This document shows, piece after piece, positions 1 through 9,560 of a stretch of DNA of 64,000 nt (the first letter of the stretch is position 1; every line of letters starts with the position of its first letter). The notes below the pieces were generated by a model. That model did no database searches and was not told the origin of the DNA. It was given only the letters and a program-made list of their open reading frames with translations. The position numbers and the translations under genes were made by a program. Source of the DNA: a virus (taxonomy: Duplodnaviria > Caudoviricetes); the IMG/VR virus record IMGVR_UViG_3300031853_000032, positions 3,598 to 67,597 of that record; one strand, 5' to 3'.

Positions 1-79
1 AGAAAAACGTAAACTCTGTTAAACATGGTATATGGTTCACTGATAGAATTGACGAAATGTATATGTGAAGGAGGTATGT

Positions 80-481
80 ATGAGCGAAAGCATACTTATC
101 TCGGTAAAGCATAAGATCGGCATATCAGACGATGATACAGGATTTGATGATCAGATTATAGACTATATTAACGCTACACTTTCTATAGTTTGGCAGCTTG
201 GCGATATAGGCAAGAAAAATTTCTGTATTACTGGGAGCGATGAGACTTGGGCAGATTATCTTGGTGATGATGAAACTAAGTTTAGTATGGTTAAGTCTTA
301 TGTGGCACTTAAGGTTAAAACAATGTTCGACCCAGGCCAAAGCAACGTACAAAGCGCTAACGAAAAAGTATTAGCTGAGTTTGAGTCAAGACTTAACTAT
401 ATGTCAGATCCGACTGTAACCGAAATCGAAGCATCTAACTATAAGCCATTGTGGGATATTGGGGAGGTAGACTATGAGTGA
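80..481 (+). CDS. putative head-tail connector (gp6-like adaptor)
   Basis: AAGGAGGT RBS favours ATG at 80 over 65; 'SILISVKHKIG..FDDQIIDYIN..L.Q.G' pattern recalled from siphovirus connector proteins; lies upstream of terL. Confidence 0.55.
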   Translation: MSESILISVKHKIGISDDDTGFDDQIIDYINATLSIVWQLGDIGKKNFCITGSDETWADYLGDDETKFSMVKSYVALKVKTMFDPGQSNVQSANEKVLAEFESRLNYMSDPTVTEIEASNYKPLWDIGEVDYE

Positions 482-2855
482 ATACCTTTTTATAAGGCGG
501 CCTCAAATTCAAAATGACGACGAATTGATGCACTTTCAGCATTTAGGGGCTAAACATGGCCAGCATAAGTTTGCTTCTTACGAGTCATCGCCGGGTGTTT
601 GGGTTTATGAATCTTCTCAGGATCACGCCCCATCGACAAGTGGTGAGCTTTCTTCTAGGAAAGCAAATGTCCCAAAAGGAAAATCTGCGTTATCGAAAAA
701 ACTTGCTGAAACTGCTAAGAAAGCTACAGGCCTTGGTACGTCTAATAGGCCATCCGAATATGTTACAAAGAGCCAAATTAAGAAAGCGATTCATGATTAC
801 AACAAAGTAAATGGAACACACTATAAGGCTAAAAATTTTAATACTATAAAGATCGGTAAGTATAAGTATGATATGAAGGGTAACAGGATCAACGAGAAAA
901 TCGGTGCTGACGTTGATCTACAAAACCTTAGTAAGAGAAATTCCAATCGTGTTAAATCTCAGACAAATGAAAAAATAAGACAGGATCTTGCGGATGCTCA
1001 GCACACAGTCAACTCACAGCGAATGAAACCGATTTCTGAGATGACGACAGAAGAGCTTAAAAGTGCTGTTAAAAGAATGGATGCTGAACAAGAATATTTA
1101 GCTAGACTTAACCTTAGAGTTGTTGATACTCCTAAAACCAAGAAAGAGCGTGTCGCTGATTTTCTTAAAGAAAACGGGGCCTTAGCGGCAAATACTTTAA
1201 CCAAAGCAGCTATTGAAGGCGCTGGTGCCGGTCTCAAGGAATATATTAAGTTTAGTACGATGAAGGCCCTTATGAATCAGAACCAGCAGAATCAGAATCA
1301 GCCGAATCAGAATCAGAATAGAAATCAGAACCAGCAAAACCAGCAGAATCGGCAGAACCAGCAGAATCGGCAGAACCAGGATCAGCAAAACCAGAACCAG
1401 AATTGGAATCAGCAAAACCAGCAGAACCAGAATAGGAACCAGAACCAGCAGAATCAGAATTGGAATCAGAACCAGCAGAACCAGCAAAATCAGCAAAATC
1501 AGAATAGGAACCAGAACCAGGATCAGAATACTTCTCAGAATATTGCACCAACTAATGGTAGACCTTTGCCGTTATCTTCCTCAAACCAGGCTAATAACAT
1601 TTCTGCTATTGGTAATTCTGTTACTAGAACTGATAACTCATCTCAGAGTAATCAGAGATCACTGTTTGGCACTACAGGACAAAACGGTGATTTTAGTAGC
1701 ATATCTAATCCTGTTTCTAGAACAAATGATACATCTCAGAGACCTTTATTTAGTACACCCGGACAAAATGGTGATTTTAGTAGCATATCCAATCCTGTAA
1801 GAAGCACAAGTTTTAGATCTATATCTCCATCAAACCAGGATAATAACATTTCTTCTATTGGTAATCCTGTAAGAAACACAAGTCTTAGATCTTTGCCGTT
1901 ATCTTCCTCAAACCAGGCTAATAACATTTCTGCTATTGCTAATCCTGTTTCTAGAACTGATAACTCATCTCAGAGTAACCTGAGACCATTGTTTAGAACA
2001 CCAGGTGCTAATGAGAAAGAAAAAGAGAGCCAGAGGATTTCACCAGTTAATAAACTTCTAAGAAAACAGCTTAACATAAAAATGTCCGAACTTGAGAGAT
2101 CTGCTTCAGAGGTCGATGCATATAATAGCGCGGCTTCAGAATCTATAAGAAGACAGCTTAACGCAAACTACTACGAATCTGTAAGAAGCTCATCAATTTT
2201 TAAATCTTTATTTGGATCTGGTTCAAACCAGGATAATAACATTTCTTCTGCTGCTAATACTGTTTCTAGAACAAATGATACATCTCAGAGATCATTATTT
2301 AGCACACCAGGACAAAATGGAAATGCTAGTAGCATATCTAATCCTGTAAGAAGCACAAGTCTTAGATCTTTGCCGTTATCTTCCTCAACCCAGTCTAATA
2401 ACATTTCTTCTATTGGTAATCTTGTAAGAAACACAAGTATTAGATCTTTGCCTTTATCTTCCTCAAACCAGGATAATAACATTTCTTCTATTGGTAATCC
2501 TGTAAGAAGCACAAGTCTTAGATCTTTGCCGTTATCTTCCTCAACCCAGTCTAATAACATTTCTTCTGTTGGTAATACTGTTTCTAGAACTGGCAATTCA
2601 TCTCAGAGACCTTTATTTAGAACTTCAGGAACAAATCCTGCCAATGCAGCCAATGCAGCATATGCCGCCGCTAAAGAAAAAGAGCGCCAGAGGATTTTAG
2701 CAGATAACGAACGTCTCAGAGAACAGCTTAATAGAAAAATGTCCGAATTTAATAGATCTGCTTCAGAGATCGATGCATATAATGAAGCCGCTTTAGCATC
2801 CATAAGAAGAAAGCTTAACACAAACTACAACGATCTTTACGGCGGAAATAGATGA
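474..2855 (+). CDS. DUF7211-like leader protein with Q/N-rich and S/N-rich repeat regions (possible virion-associated protein)
   Basis: N-terminal 'LMHFQHLGAKHGQHKF..WVY' resembles the leader of 7971..9131 (HSGKLGMKWGQHKF..WVY); long low-complexity C-terminal two-thirds. Confidence 0.6.
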   Translation: MSEYLFIRRPQIQNDDELMHFQHLGAKHGQHKFASYESSPGVWVYESSQDHAPSTSGELSSRKANVPKGKSALSKKLAETAKKATGLGTSNRPSEYVTKSQIKKAIHDYNKVNGTHYKAKNFNTIKIGKYKYDMKGNRINEKIGADVDLQNLSKRNSNRVKSQTNEKIRQDLADAQHTVNSQRMKPISEMTTEELKSAVKRMDAEQEYLARLNLRVVDTPKTKKERVADFLKENGALAANTLTKAAIEGAGAGLKEYIKFSTMKALMNQNQQNQNQPNQNQNRNQNQQNQQNRQNQQNRQNQDQQNQNQNWNQQNQQNQNRNQNQQNQNWNQNQQNQQNQQNQNRNQNQDQNTSQNIAPTNGRPLPLSSSNQANNISAIGNSVTRTDNSSQSNQRSLFGTTGQNGDFSSISNPVSRTNDTSQRPLFSTPGQNGDFSSISNPVRSTSFRSISPSNQDNNISSIGNPVRNTSLRSLPLSSSNQANNISAIANPVSRTDNSSQSNLRPLFRTPGANEKEKESQRISPVNKLLRKQLNIKMSELERSASEVDAYNSAASESIRRQLNANYYESVRSSSIFKSLFGSGSNQDNNISSAANTVSRTNDTSQRSLFSTPGQNGNASSISNPVRSTSLRSLPLSSSTQSNNISSIGNLVRNTSIRSLPLSSSNQDNNISSIGNPVRSTSLRSLPLSSSTQSNNISSVGNTVSRTGNSSQRPLFRTSGTNPANAANAAYAAAKEKERQRILADNERLREQLNRKMSEFNRSASEIDAYNEAALASIRRKLNTNYNDLYGGNR
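1272..1540 (+). repeat. low-complexity Q/N tandem repeat (CAGAAC/CAGAAT units) within CDS
   Basis: encodes NQNQQNQNQPNQNQNRNQNQQ...; almost only Q, N, R, D, W. Confidence 0.95.
1560..2625 (+). repeat. shuffled S/N-rich modular repeats within CDS
   Basis: recurring units LPLSSSNQ.NNISSIGNPVR.TS and SRT.D.SQR.LF.TPGQNG; 2340-2411 and 2496-2567 are an identical 72-bp pair. Confidence 0.9.
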
Positions 2856-2870
2856 TAGGATGGTTTATAT

Positions 2871-4616
2871 ATGTTATCAAACACAGCAGTACCGAAATAT
2901 TACGGACAGTTTAGAGACGCTGTAGTACGAGGTGAAATTCCAGTTTGCAGAGAAATAGATATGGAGATGAATCGTATCGATTCTCTTATTGCTAACCCTG
3001 GTGTATACTATGATGAGGATGCGGTGGAAGGCTGGATAAAATTTTGTGAGAAAGAGCTTACTCTTACTGATGGATCTGACCTTGATTTATTGCCGTCGTT
3101 TAAATTATGGGGCGAACAGATATTCGGTTGGTATTATATAGTTAATCGAAAAGTGTTCGTTCCTGATAAACACGGCGGCGATGGATATTTTATTAAAAAG
3201 AGAATACTTAAGCGTCTTATAAACAAACAATATCTCATTGTTGGAAGAGGTGCTGCCAAGTCGTTATATGATGAGACTCTGCAATCATATTTTCTTATAA
3301 CTGACACGACAACAACCCATCAAATAACCACAGCTCCGACAGTAAGGCAATCTGATGAGGTTTTATCACCACTCAGAACTGCAATAGCTAGAAGTAGAGG
3401 TCCTTTGTTTAAATTTATGACAGAAGGTTCCCTGCAGAATACAACCGGAAGCAAAGCCAATAGAATGAAACTTGCGCCAACAAAAGACGGCATAAAAAAT
3501 TTTATAACAGACTCTTTGCTAGAACCTAGACCGATGTCGATAGACAAATTACAAGGTCTACGATGTAAAGTGGCGACCGTAGACGAGTGGCTGTCTGGTG
3601 ACATACGAGAAGATCCTGTTGGTGCTATTGAGCAGGGTGCTTCTAAAGTTGATGATTATTTGATAATTGCTAGTTCTTCAGAAGGAACTGTAAGAAACGG
3701 TCCTGGCGATGATGTAAAGATCGAACTTCATAAAATACTTAAGGGTGAGTATATAAACCCACATGTTTCTATATTTTGGTATAAGTTAGATAACATTAAA
3801 GAAGTCGGACAACCTAAATACTGGTTAAAAGCAAACCCTAATCTTGGAAGAACCGTGTCATATGAGACCTATCAGCTTGATGTTGAGAGAGCAGAACATT
3901 CTCCAGCCGCAAGAAATGATATTTTGGCCAAAAGATTCGGATTGCCAATGGAAGGTTATACGTACTTCTTCACATTCGAGGAAACAAAACCCACAAAACG
4001 TAAACTTAATTTTCATGGATGCGCTTGTTCTATGGGTGCAGATTTGTCTCAAGGCGATGACTTCTGTTCATTTACGTTTTTATTTCCTGCCGGCAATGGT
4101 GCTTTCGGTGTAAAGACTATAAACTATATAACTGAGACAACTTATAAAGAATTGCCAGAATCAATGCGACAAAAGTATGATCAGTTTATAGCTGAAGGAA
4201 GTCTTGTAATAATGCCAGGTACTATTCTTAACATAATGGACGTGTATGATGATCTTGATGCTCGTATTGTGGCGGCTGAGTATGATGTAAGATCGTTTGG
4301 ATATGATCCATACAATGCTAGAGAATTTGTAGAAAAGTGGGCTAATGAAAACGGACCGTTTGGGATTGAGAAAGTAAGACAGGGAGCTCAAACTGAGACA
4401 GTTCCACTTGGCGAAATTAAGAAACTTACGGAACAAAAATTGCTAGAGTTCGATCAGTCTATCATGCAATTTTGTATGGGAAATGCTATAACACTCGAAG
4501 ATACAAACGGTAATAGAAAGCTTCTAAAAAGAAGGTATGAAGCTAAAATAGATGCGGTCGCTTCACTTATTGATGCTTGGGTTGCGTATAAACTAAATCT
4601 TGAGGCTTTTGAGTAG
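2871..4616 (+). CDS. terL: terminase large subunit
   Basis: Walker A-like GRGAAKS, Walker B 'VATVDEW', RuvC-like nuclease 'GADLSQGDD' and C-terminal 'KIDAVASLIDA'. Confidence 0.95.
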   Translation: MLSNTAVPKYYGQFRDAVVRGEIPVCREIDMEMNRIDSLIANPGVYYDEDAVEGWIKFCEKELTLTDGSDLDLLPSFKLWGEQIFGWYYIVNRKVFVPDKHGGDGYFIKKRILKRLINKQYLIVGRGAAKSLYDETLQSYFLITDTTTTHQITTAPTVRQSDEVLSPLRTAIARSRGPLFKFMTEGSLQNTTGSKANRMKLAPTKDGIKNFITDSLLEPRPMSIDKLQGLRCKVATVDEWLSGDIREDPVGAIEQGASKVDDYLIIASSSEGTVRNGPGDDVKIELHKILKGEYINPHVSIFWYKLDNIKEVGQPKYWLKANPNLGRTVSYETYQLDVERAEHSPAARNDILAKRFGLPMEGYTYFFTFEETKPTKRKLNFHGCACSMGADLSQGDDFCSFTFLFPAGNGAFGVKTINYITETTYKELPESMRQKYDQFIAEGSLVIMPGTILNIMDVYDDLDARIVAAEYDVRSFGYDPYNAREFVEKWANENGPFGIEKVRQGAQTETVPLGEIKKLTEQKLLEFDQSIMQFCMGNAITLEDTNGNRKLLKRRYEAKIDAVASLIDAWVAYKLNLEAFE

Positions 4617-4617
4617 A

Positions 4618-4690
4618 TCATCTTATGAATGGAGTATACTATGAGCGATTATTTAATTCATTCTGGTAAGCTTGGTATGAAATGGTATCA
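4618..4690 (+). repeat. leader repeat copy 1 (RBS plus N-terminal coding motif)
   Basis: 73 bp with 1 mismatch to 6027-6099; the core 4641-4685 is identical to 6050-6094 and 7971-8015. Confidence 0.95.
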
Positions 4691-6008
4691 TCACGATAAA
4701 GATGCCTATCAGACAAAAAGCGGCAACTGGGTTTATGGTAGAAATAAGCCTTCGGAAAATCGTGGTTTAAAAGCAGCAAAGACAGATGGTAAAACAATAA
4801 GCATAGACGGCAAAAAGGGAGCTTCAAATATTCTTGATATCCTAGATGATGCCGTAAAAGCAAATGTAGTAGGTAAGCTCGCCGATTATGACCCAAGTAG
4901 AAGTCAAAACTGTATGAGTTGCGTTATTGCCTACGATCTTAGAAGAACTGGTAATAAAGTTCAAGCAATAGAGACTGTTGAAGGTATGTCAACTTTTGTC
5001 GTTGCTGACATATACAAAAACACCAAATTTACCGATTATGTTATTAGTGCAAAAAGAGCTGGCACTAATAAGTCAATAACTGAGGGTATGACAGATTCGG
5101 AGTTTGATAGCATGGTTAACCATCTTAAGTCCAATGGCGAAAATACAAGAGGCATTGTGACAGTCGATTGGAAATCTAAAAATGGTGAAACCTATAATGG
5201 TGGTCATGCTATGAACTATGAAGTAAAAAATGGAAAGTTTTATTTGATCGACGGTCAGATTGGTAAAGTATATGACGAACAACATGCTAGAAAGCAGCTT
5301 TCTAATGCGTGTAATGTTATAACACTTAGAACTGATAACAGACAAGTAAATCTTGACTACGCTAAAAAATACTTTGTAGAACCAGAAGGCACAAAAGTAT
5401 CAAACACAGGTAAAGATGTGTACAACGCATATATCAGGCGTAAATTCGGTAGCGGTTTGCTTAAAGCAGGCTTAGTTGCAACACCAGTTTCAATTGGCTT
5501 ATCAGCTATACATCCGGCATTTTTCGCCGTTAGCATTGCTGCAGTTGCTACAAGTATTGGTGGATCTATTATTGACGATAAGTCCAAAAAGGCAGCACGA
5601 AAAATAGTTCAAAATAATAGAAACGAAACTGCTAATAAAATTATAGAAAAACTAAAAGGCGTTAAAGTAGATCCTGAACTAGTAAATTATAAGGTGGACA
5701 ATGTTATGAGAAGTCTTCCAGAGTATAACCGTGTTTATAATATGGCCGTCGGTGACAACCAGTTAGATGTTGATTTGATTCTTTCAAACCTTAAAACCAC
5801 TGATAGTAATAACGCAGTCAATAATACCCCTAACCGCAATAGAGCTCCAATACCAGTAGCATTACCGACGGGTAGAAATACAAGAGTTGGTATTACTAGT
5901 AGTCAAAAGGGTTCTATGAAGTCTCTTTATACTAAAGGCGTTCCTATAGATGAAATAGCAGAAAAACTTGGTGTATCACCTAGTACAGTATCTAAGTATG
6001 TAAAATAG
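4641..6008 (+). CDS. papain-fold toxin-like protein 1 (leader + Tox-PL1/glutamine-deamidase-like domain + hydrophobic hairpin + C-terminal HTH)
   Basis: QNCMSC..AYDLRR.G, GGHAMN and LIDGQ motifs; hydrophobic stretch AGLVATPVSIGLSAIHPAFFAVSIAAVA; tail GVPIDEIAEKLGVSPSTVSKY; GGAG RBS favours start 4641. Confidence 0.75.
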   Translation: MSDYLIHSGKLGMKWYHHDKDAYQTKSGNWVYGRNKPSENRGLKAAKTDGKTISIDGKKGASNILDILDDAVKANVVGKLADYDPSRSQNCMSCVIAYDLRRTGNKVQAIETVEGMSTFVVADIYKNTKFTDYVISAKRAGTNKSITEGMTDSEFDSMVNHLKSNGENTRGIVTVDWKSKNGETYNGGHAMNYEVKNGKFYLIDGQIGKVYDEQHARKQLSNACNVITLRTDNRQVNLDYAKKYFVEPEGTKVSNTGKDVYNAYIRRKFGSGLLKAGLVATPVSIGLSAIHPAFFAVSIAAVATSIGGSIIDDKSKKAARKIVQNNRNETANKIIEKLKGVKVDPELVNYKVDNVMRSLPEYNRVYNMAVGDNQLDVDLILSNLKTTDSNNAVNNTPNRNRAPIPVALPTGRNTRVGITSSQKGSMKSLYTKGVPIDEIAEKLGVSPSTVSKYVK

Positions 6009-6026
6009 CAAAGTATATTTGGTAAG

Positions 6027-6099
6027 TCATCTTATGAATGGAGCATACTATGAGCGATTATTTAATTCATTCTGGTAAGCTTGGTATGAAATGGTATCA
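6027..6099 (+). repeat. leader repeat copy 2
   Basis: 73 bp near-identical to 4618-4690. Confidence 0.95.
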
Positions 6100-7927
6100 G
6101 CATGATAAAAATGCTTATCAGACAGAAGCTGGTAACTGGGTTTATGGAAGAAATAAACCTTCGGAACGTGATAATGCTGTTAAACAACAAATTGCACGAA
6201 AAGTTGCAAAAGAAGTAGCACGAGCTAGAAAAACCGGTGAGTACGACATGGAATTCTTAGAAAGAAATTTAGATATAGATCCGCACACCGACAAGCAGTA
6301 TAAAGGAAAAGCGTTGGATAAAGCTTATGCTAAATATTTAACAGCTGAATATTCAAAAAGTATAAGTAACAGTGAGACAAAAAGCGGTAACTGGGTTTAT
6401 GGTGGAAATAAGCCTTCAGAAAGTTGGAACTTAACCACAGAAAAGACCGGCAGTAAAACAAAAAGTGTAAACGGCAAAGCGAGCGCTTTAGATATTCTTG
6501 ATATCGTGGATGATGCCATGAAAACAAATGTAGTAGGTAAGAATGTTGATTATAGCCCAAGCAGAAATCAAAACTGCGTGAGTTGTGCCATCGCCTATGA
6601 TCTTAGAAGAGCTGGTAATAAAGTTCAATCGATAGAGACCGCTGAAGGTATGTCGGCTTTTGTAGTCGCTGACATATACAAAAAAACTAAAACTACAGAT
6701 TATGTTATTAGCGCAAAAAGAACCGGAACTGCTAAGTCATTAACTTCTGGCATGACAGATCAAGAGTTTGATGGTATGGTTAACCATCTTAAGTCCGCTG
6801 GCGAAAACTCAAGAGGTATCATAACAGTCAATTGGAAATCTAAACATGGTGAACGCTATGTTGGTGGCCATGCTATGAACTATGAAGTAAAAAATGGAAA
6901 GTTTTATTTGATTGATAGTCAAAGCGGTGAAGTATTTGACGAACAAGGTTCTAGAAAGCAGCTTTCTTATGCGTATGATGTTATGACACTTAGAACTGAT
7001 AACCGACGTGCAAACCTTGACTACGCTAAAAGTTACTTTGTAGAACCAGAAGGTACAAAAATAACAGATGTAAGTAAAGGTTTGAAAACCGCACATACCA
7101 TTAGTAAAATTGGTACAGGTGTGCGTACAGCCGCTGCTCTTACAACATCACCTTTAATGATCGCATCGTATGTGGCTCCGCAACTTTTCCTTGCCGCATT
7201 GGGATCAGCTGGTGTATCTTACGTTTCATCAGCTGTTACAACTGCAGCTAGAACTTCAGCACTAACAACAATTCAAAAAAGTAGAAACCAATCAGCTGCT
7301 AAAATTATAGAAAGACTAACAGGCGATACAGTAGATCCAAAACAGGTATCTGCTAACGCGATTAGTACTATGAGACGTCTTCCGGAGTATAAACGTGTTT
7401 ATATGACAGACACTGATGACAAACATTTGGATGCTGCTAAAATTATGTCGGAACTTAAAACCACCGATAATAATGGTACCAATACCACTAATAATACCAC
7501 TAACCGCAATAGAGCTCCAATACCAGTAGCATTACCGACTGGAAGAAACGGTAGAAACACTAGAAACGAATCAGTCGATAAAGAACGTGGGAATGCTATT
7601 AACGAACGAGTTAGACGAGCAAGAGAAACTGGTAAGTACGACATGGAATTTCTAGAAAAAGGGTTAGATGTAAATCAGCGTACTGGTAATCTTCTTAAAG
7701 GAAAAGAGTTAGATAAAGCTTATGCTGAATATTTAAGAAGTAAAAGTAACAGTAATAATTCAAAATCCAAGTCAGCAGCATCACAGACTACTAGAAATAC
7801 AAGTATCGGTGTTACTAGTAGTCAAAAAGGTTCTATGAAGTCTCTTTATGCTAAAGGCGTCCCTATAGATGAAATTGCAGAAAAACTCGGAGTATCACCA
7901 AGTACAGTATCTAAGTATGTAAGATAG
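6050..7927 (+). CDS. papain-fold toxin-like protein 2 (paralog of 4641..6008 with two inserted YDMEFLE modules)
   Basis: QNCVSC, GGHAMN and LIDSQ motifs; same hydrophobic hairpin and HTH tail; closely similar to protein 1. Confidence 0.75.
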   Translation: MSDYLIHSGKLGMKWYQHDKNAYQTEAGNWVYGRNKPSERDNAVKQQIARKVAKEVARARKTGEYDMEFLERNLDIDPHTDKQYKGKALDKAYAKYLTAEYSKSISNSETKSGNWVYGGNKPSESWNLTTEKTGSKTKSVNGKASALDILDIVDDAMKTNVVGKNVDYSPSRNQNCVSCAIAYDLRRAGNKVQSIETAEGMSAFVVADIYKKTKTTDYVISAKRTGTAKSLTSGMTDQEFDGMVNHLKSAGENSRGIITVNWKSKHGERYVGGHAMNYEVKNGKFYLIDSQSGEVFDEQGSRKQLSYAYDVMTLRTDNRRANLDYAKSYFVEPEGTKITDVSKGLKTAHTISKIGTGVRTAAALTTSPLMIASYVAPQLFLAALGSAGVSYVSSAVTTAARTSALTTIQKSRNQSAAKIIERLTGDTVDPKQVSANAISTMRRLPEYKRVYMTDTDDKHLDAAKIMSELKTTDNNGTNTTNNTTNRNRAPIPVALPTGRNGRNTRNESVDKERGNAINERVRRARETGKYDMEFLEKGLDVNQRTGNLLKGKELDKAYAEYLRSKSNSNNSKSKSAASQTTRNTSIGVTSSQKGSMKSLYAKGVPIDEIAEKLGVSPSTVSKYVR

Positions 7928-7970
7928 CAAATGAGATTTGGTATGTTATCTTATAAAAAAGGAGTATAAC

Positions 7971-8015
7971 ATGAGCGATTATTTAATTCATTCTGGTAAG
8001 CTTGGTATGAAATGG
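7971..8015 (+). repeat. leader repeat copy 3
   Basis: 45 bp identical to 4641-4685 and 6050-6094. Confidence 0.95.
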
Positions 8016-9131
8016 GGGCAACATAAATTCGCTCTTTATATGACCCCTGGACATAACTGGGTGTATAAATCATCAATAGGTCATCTTTCAAAAGAAGCGC
8101 AGGCTCGTGCTATTAGTAAGTCCGGGTCTAAGGGAATGACATTTATAGGTGATAGGGAAACTCGCAGCATAATTCGAGATCCTTTGACCGGACAATATGA
8201 AGATACTGCAACAGCTCTTGGTAACATATTTAGCGGTAAATCTTCTAAAGAATACGAAGATGATCAATATGATGATTTTTACAAAAGAACATCTAATATG
8301 CTACTGCGCGGTATGGAAGCTGCTGGTATTACATCTGTTGGTCTAAAAGATAGATGGACCGTTACTGACGATATTATGAGGTCATGTAATCCTGGTAACA
8401 AAACAGTTCGGAGAGATGATGGTACTGTTGATACAAGTTCTTCGGAAGTAGGAACTACTAATAATTGTACAAAGTGTACTGCAGCTTTAGAGCTTGGTAT
8501 GAGAGGGTATCCCGTAAAAGCCGGTAGATGTATAGAAGGAGCTAATAGAGGTTCTTTCATGGAATGGTTTAAAGGAGCCGAAACCAAAGTAACTTCATAT
8601 GACGACGGCACCGCTGCCATTCATTCCATGCCTGACAACTCATCTGGTCAGATAGCTTTGTTTATGCAGAATGGCGGTGGTCATGCTATGCACTGGACTA
8701 AAACCAATGGCAAGTTTGAAATCCAGGATGGTCAGAGCGGTGAAAGATATTCATCAACCGACGAGTTTATCGAAAAGCATCCATGGTTTTCCAAAAACAG
8801 AGAAATGGAACTTACAAGACTCGACAACTGTGAACCCGATTGGGATAATATGAACTATAGTTCTGTAGTTGAAGTGCGAAATGACGTTGGTGAAAGAAAT
8901 GGTAGCGATTGGACTGGATATAATGTATCTGGGACACAGTATCATACTTATGATGATTATGGTCATAATAATGTCAGAGATAAATATTTCTCAGATCCGA
9001 TTATTGATGACTATGAGAGCTTTAAGAAAAATGTTCTGTCCAATAGTAAGCGTGGCAAGTCCGTTGAAGATATTCAAAAGAGATATTCCAATGTTTCTCT
9101 CGATGATCTTTGGGATATTATTAAAGGTTAA
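7971..9131 (+). CDS. papain-fold toxin-like protein 3 (same leader, divergent catalytic domain, no HTH)
   Basis: AAGGAG RBS before 7971; NNCTKC.AALE..MRG, GGHAMHW and IQDGQSG motifs. Confidence 0.72.
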   Translation: MSDYLIHSGKLGMKWGQHKFALYMTPGHNWVYKSSIGHLSKEAQARAISKSGSKGMTFIGDRETRSIIRDPLTGQYEDTATALGNIFSGKSSKEYEDDQYDDFYKRTSNMLLRGMEAAGITSVGLKDRWTVTDDIMRSCNPGNKTVRRDDGTVDTSSSEVGTTNNCTKCTAALELGMRGYPVKAGRCIEGANRGSFMEWFKGAETKVTSYDDGTAAIHSMPDNSSGQIALFMQNGGGHAMHWTKTNGKFEIQDGQSGERYSSTDEFIEKHPWFSKNREMELTRLDNCEPDWDNMNYSSVVEVRNDVGERNGSDWTGYNVSGTQYHTYDDYGHNNVRDKYFSDPIIDDYESFKKNVLSNSKRGKSVEDIQKRYSNVSLDDLWDIIKG

Positions 9132-9142
9132 GGAGATAAAAC

Positions 9143-9388
9143 ATGAGTATGAGTTTTACTGATATAGCTAAGAATATAATATCCAAAAATCCTAATTATA
9201 GAGTCATCGCGATAATAGATATCGGAAATTACATCGTGTTTAATTTGGATAAGAAAGATCATACAGGTCCAATTACCGAATCCGATCCCTTAACCTTTTC
9301 CGTAAACAAAAAGACAAAAGCTACTGAGCAATTTAACTGGGGTGTATATTCTGGGAAAACTTATAACGTGCTTTGGGAAGAAGGGTAA
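9143..9388 (+). CDS. putative immunity protein (Imm35-like), copy 1
   Basis: small gene directly after toxin 3 with AAGGAG RBS; helix, then 'IDIGNYIVF..D P..F.V.KKT'; paralogous to 9561..9797. Confidence 0.5.
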   Translation: MSMSFTDIAKNIISKNPNYRVIAIIDIGNYIVFNLDKKDHTGPITESDPLTFSVNKKTKATEQFNWGVYSGKTYNVLWEEG

Positions 9389-9393
9389 TATTT

Positions 9394-9545
9394 ATGAGCA
9401 GATGGATAATCTCCCATTCCGGTATTAAGGGTCAGAAGTGTGGTGTAAGGAGGTATGAGACTTATGCTGGTCACTTAACGCCTTTGGGGACTTTCCAGAA
9501 AAACTCGGAGTATCACCAAGTACAGTATCTAAGTATCTAAAATAA
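9394..9545 (+). pseudogene. collapsed toxin gene relic: leader fused out of frame to HTH tail
   Basis: ATG 9394 encodes MSRWIISHSGIKGQKCGVRRYETYAGHLTPLG; 9496-9536 is identical (41 bp) to 7878-7918 and reads EKLGVSPSTVSKYLK* in another frame. Confidence 0.85.
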
Positions 9546-9560
9546 TAAAGGAGATTTGGT

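Noticed and set aside
1197-1551. Minus-strand ORFs 1197..1496 (Leu/Ile/Val-rich) and 1270..1551 (Ser/Asp/Ala/Gly-rich)
   Set aside because: Antisense shadows of the CAGAAC repeat in 474..2855; no RBS
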